Assembly: GCF_009914755.1 (NCBI RefSeq)
Contig: NC_060930.1
DNA from: the human T2T-CHM13v2.0 reference genome, Homo sapiens
DNA: 64,000 nt
Strand: one strand, 5' to 3'
Below, one piece after another: positions 61,217-64,000 of this stretch (positions are counted from its first letter, which is position 1; each line of letters begins with the position of its first letter). A model generated the notes under the pieces. It saw only the letters and a program-made list of their open reading frames with translations, did not search any database and was not told the DNA's origin. The position numbers and the translations under genes are program-made.

Positions 61217-61866
61217 TATAAATATCTGTTAAGTCCTTTTGTTATAAGTTACAGTCCATTGTTTCTTCGTTGACTTTCTGTCTTGATGACCTGTCTAGTG
61301 CTGTCAGCAGAGTATTAAAGTCCCCCACTATATATTATTATTGTGTTGCTATCTCATTTCTTAGGTCTAGTAGTAATTGTTTTATATGTTTAGGAGCTGT
61401 GGTGTTAGGTGCGTATATATTTAGGATTGTGATATTTTTCTGTTGGACTAGTCCTTTTATCATTATATAATGCCCCTCTTTGTCTTCTTTATCTACTGTT
61501 GCTTTAACATTTGTTTTTTCTGATATAAGAATAGCTACTCCTGCTTGCTTTTTGTGTCCTCTTGCACGGAATGTCTGTTTCACCCGTTTACCTTAAGTTT
61601 ATGTGAGTACTTATGTGTTAGGTGAGCCTCTTCACAACAGATACTAGGTGAATTCTTATCCATTCTGCCATTCTGTTCTCTTTCCAGTGGAGGTATTTCA
61701 GTTACTATTGAGATGCTAGGTATTATTCTATTCATTGTGCTATGAATACACAACATGGGAACGAATATGAAAACCCTTGTGGGTTTTTTTTTCCATTATG
61801 TTATTGCTATATAGTTCCTGTGAGATTTATGCTTTAAGGAGGTTCTATTTTGGTGTATGTCAAGGA

Positions 61867-61934
61867 TTTGTTTCAAGATTTATATCTCCTTTTAGCAGTT
61901 TTTGTTTCAAGATTTATATCTCCTTTTAGCAGTT
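61867..61934. repeat. Perfect 34-bp tandem duplication
   Basis: tttgtttcaagatttatatctccttttagcagtt x2. Confidence 0.9.
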
Positions 61935-63231
61935 ATTGTAGCGCTGGCTTGGTATTGGCAGATTCTCTCAGTATTTGTCTTAAAAAGACGGTATCTTTTC
62001 ATCATTTATGAAGTTTAGTTTTGCTGGATATAAAATTCTTGGCTTATAATTGTTTTGTTTAAGGAGGCTAAGGATAGCCCTCCCCACCCCAACCCCTAGT
62101 CCCTTCTAGCTTGTAGGGTTTCTGCTGAGAAATCTGCTGTTAATCTGTTAGGTTTTCCTTTATAGGTTACCTGGTGCTTTTGCCTCACAGCTCTTAAGAT
62201 TCTTTTCCTTCATCTTAACTTTAGATAACCTGATGACAGCGTGCCTAAGTGATGATCTTTTTGCAATAAATTTCCCAGGTGTTCTTTGAGCTTCTCGTAT
62301 TTGGATGTCTAGATCTCTGTCTAGCAAGGCCGGGGAAGTTTTCCTCAATTATTCCCTCAATATGTTTTTCAAACTTTTAGATTTCTCTTCTTCCTCAGTA
62401 ACACCATTTATTCTTAGGATTGGCCATTTAACATAATCCCCAACTTCTCAGAGGCTTTTTCTTTTTTTTTTTTTTTAATTCTTTTTTTGTCTTTGTTGGA
62501 TTGGGTTAATTCGAAAGCCTTGTCTTTAAGCTCTGAAGTTCTTTATTCTACTTGTTTGATTCTGTTGCTTAGACTTCTGAGAGTATTTTGCATTTCTCTA
62601 AGTGTGTTTTTCATTTCCATAAGTCGTGATTATTTTTTATTTATGCTATTTATTTCACTGAAGATTTTCTCCTTCCTATCTTGTATCATTTTTATGGTTT
62701 TATTAAGTTGGACTTTACCATTCTCTGGTGCCTCCTTGATTAGCTTAATAATCGACCTGCTGAATTCTTTTTGTGGCAATTCAGAGATTTCTTCTTGTTT
62801 TGAATCCATTGCTGTTGAGGTAGTGTGATCTTTTGGTGTTGTTAAAGAACCTTGTTTTGTTGTATGACCCAGAATTGCTTTTCTGGTTCTTTCTCATTTG
62901 GGTATACTATGTCAGAGGGAAGATCTGGGGCCCAAAGGCTGCTATTCAGATTCTTTTGTCCCATGGGGTGCTCCCTTGATGTGATACTCTCTCCCTTCCC
63001 CTGGGGATGTGGCTTTCTGAGAGCCAAACCGTGGTGATTGTTTTTTCTCTTCCGGATCTAGTCACCCTGCAGAGATACCGGGCTCTGGGCTGGTACTCGG
63101 GAGTGTCTGCACAGAGTCCTGTGATGTGAACCATCTTCAGGTCTCTCAACTGTAGATACCAGCACCTGAGCGTGCTTAATTGTGGTTTGGTTTTGTTCAT
63201 TGTTACTAGTTTTGTGTTGGTTGGCCTCCAG

Positions 63232-63245
63232 CCAGTAGGTGGCGC
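63232..63245 (+). promoter_or_regulatory. CTCF core motif in the L1PB 5'UTR
   Basis: CCAGTAGGTGGCGC fits CCASYAGRKGGCRS; binding not shown. Confidence 0.55.
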
Positions 63246-64000
63246 TGTCAAGAGAGCATCAGCTGTGGTAGTATAGGGAGGATCAGGTGGTGTGGGGGCC
63301 CTAGAGCTCCCGGGAGATTATGTCCTTTGTCTTTGGAGTTTTTCAGCTGTCCCCTGGGGCCTGCAGCAGCAATCTGCTTCCTTCAGAGGGTTTGTGGATT
63401 CTCTTGGCTTTCCTGGTACGTTCCTGCCGTAGTTCTTGGAGCAAAAGTTAAGGAGGTGAGTCCCCACACGCTGCTCTGTCCGTCCGAGTGGGAGCTGCAA
63501 ATTAGTCCTGCCTTTCTGTCTGCCATTTTCCTTGTGACTCTGAAGAATATTTTTCCCCCAACATGGGTTTGTTTCTGAGATTCTCATAAAAGTACATACT
63601 TCTTAAAAGTTGCATTTTCAGTTAGTACATTTGAGATTGTTGACATTTGGATTTTATTCTTCTGTAAGCCATCATTTTATTATTGAAAAAGTTTATTTGT
63701 GCTGAGGTAAGGTAGCTTATGAGTTCAGAGCAACTAGTGCTAAAGGAAGGCTATTTTGTTGTTTTTTTAATGAGATGTGAAGTATTATAGCTCAAATATT
63801 TTCATAAGAACTGTCTAAACCTCTATTTAGAATACCTATATTCAACAAATAATTTTGCAAGACAAAAAAGTTGTCAAATAAATTGCCTTTTTCATTCTTT
63901 TGAATCTTTTGCTAAATTTAGATGCTGTAAAATGTTGTTTTTATCCAATCAAAAATAGAAGGGCCATGAAATTATTCTTTCTACAATTTGAGATACTCCA

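Overview
This is primate, most likely human, non-coding genomic DNA dominated by interspersed repeats. I found no recognisable host-gene coding exon, RNA gene or prokaryotic-type system. I count about 25 Alus (21 on the minus strand, 4 on plus). All recognisable L1s are on the minus strand and the plus strand is T-rich, so the window is probably inside a large intron of a plus-strand gene (inference; gene not identified). Main elements: (1) a 5'-complete L1PA3-type LINE-1 (49533-55182, 15-bp TSD) with an open ORF1, a frameshifted and internally deleted ORF2, the 129-bp ZNF93-target 5'UTR segment and an ORF0 with ATG changed to CTG; (2) a TSD-flanked, apparently full-length old L1PB (57085-63529) containing an Alu, a quasi-palindromic AT-rich insert between ~65-bp direct repeats and a strong CTCF motif; (3) a 15x39-bp L1M-derived VNTR (28426-29010); (4) THE1, MLT, MST and MLT2 LTRs, Tigger and MER DNA transposons, L2 and many L1M fragments. 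The most unusual observations are local: probable gene conversion between two Alus 1.2 kb apart, an internally deleted Alu facing an inverted Alu 38 bp away, the AT-rich insert and the CpG-polarised VNTR. I cannot support a claim of a new biological system. Subfamily names come from recalled consensus sequences and need RepeatMasker/Dfam confirmation.
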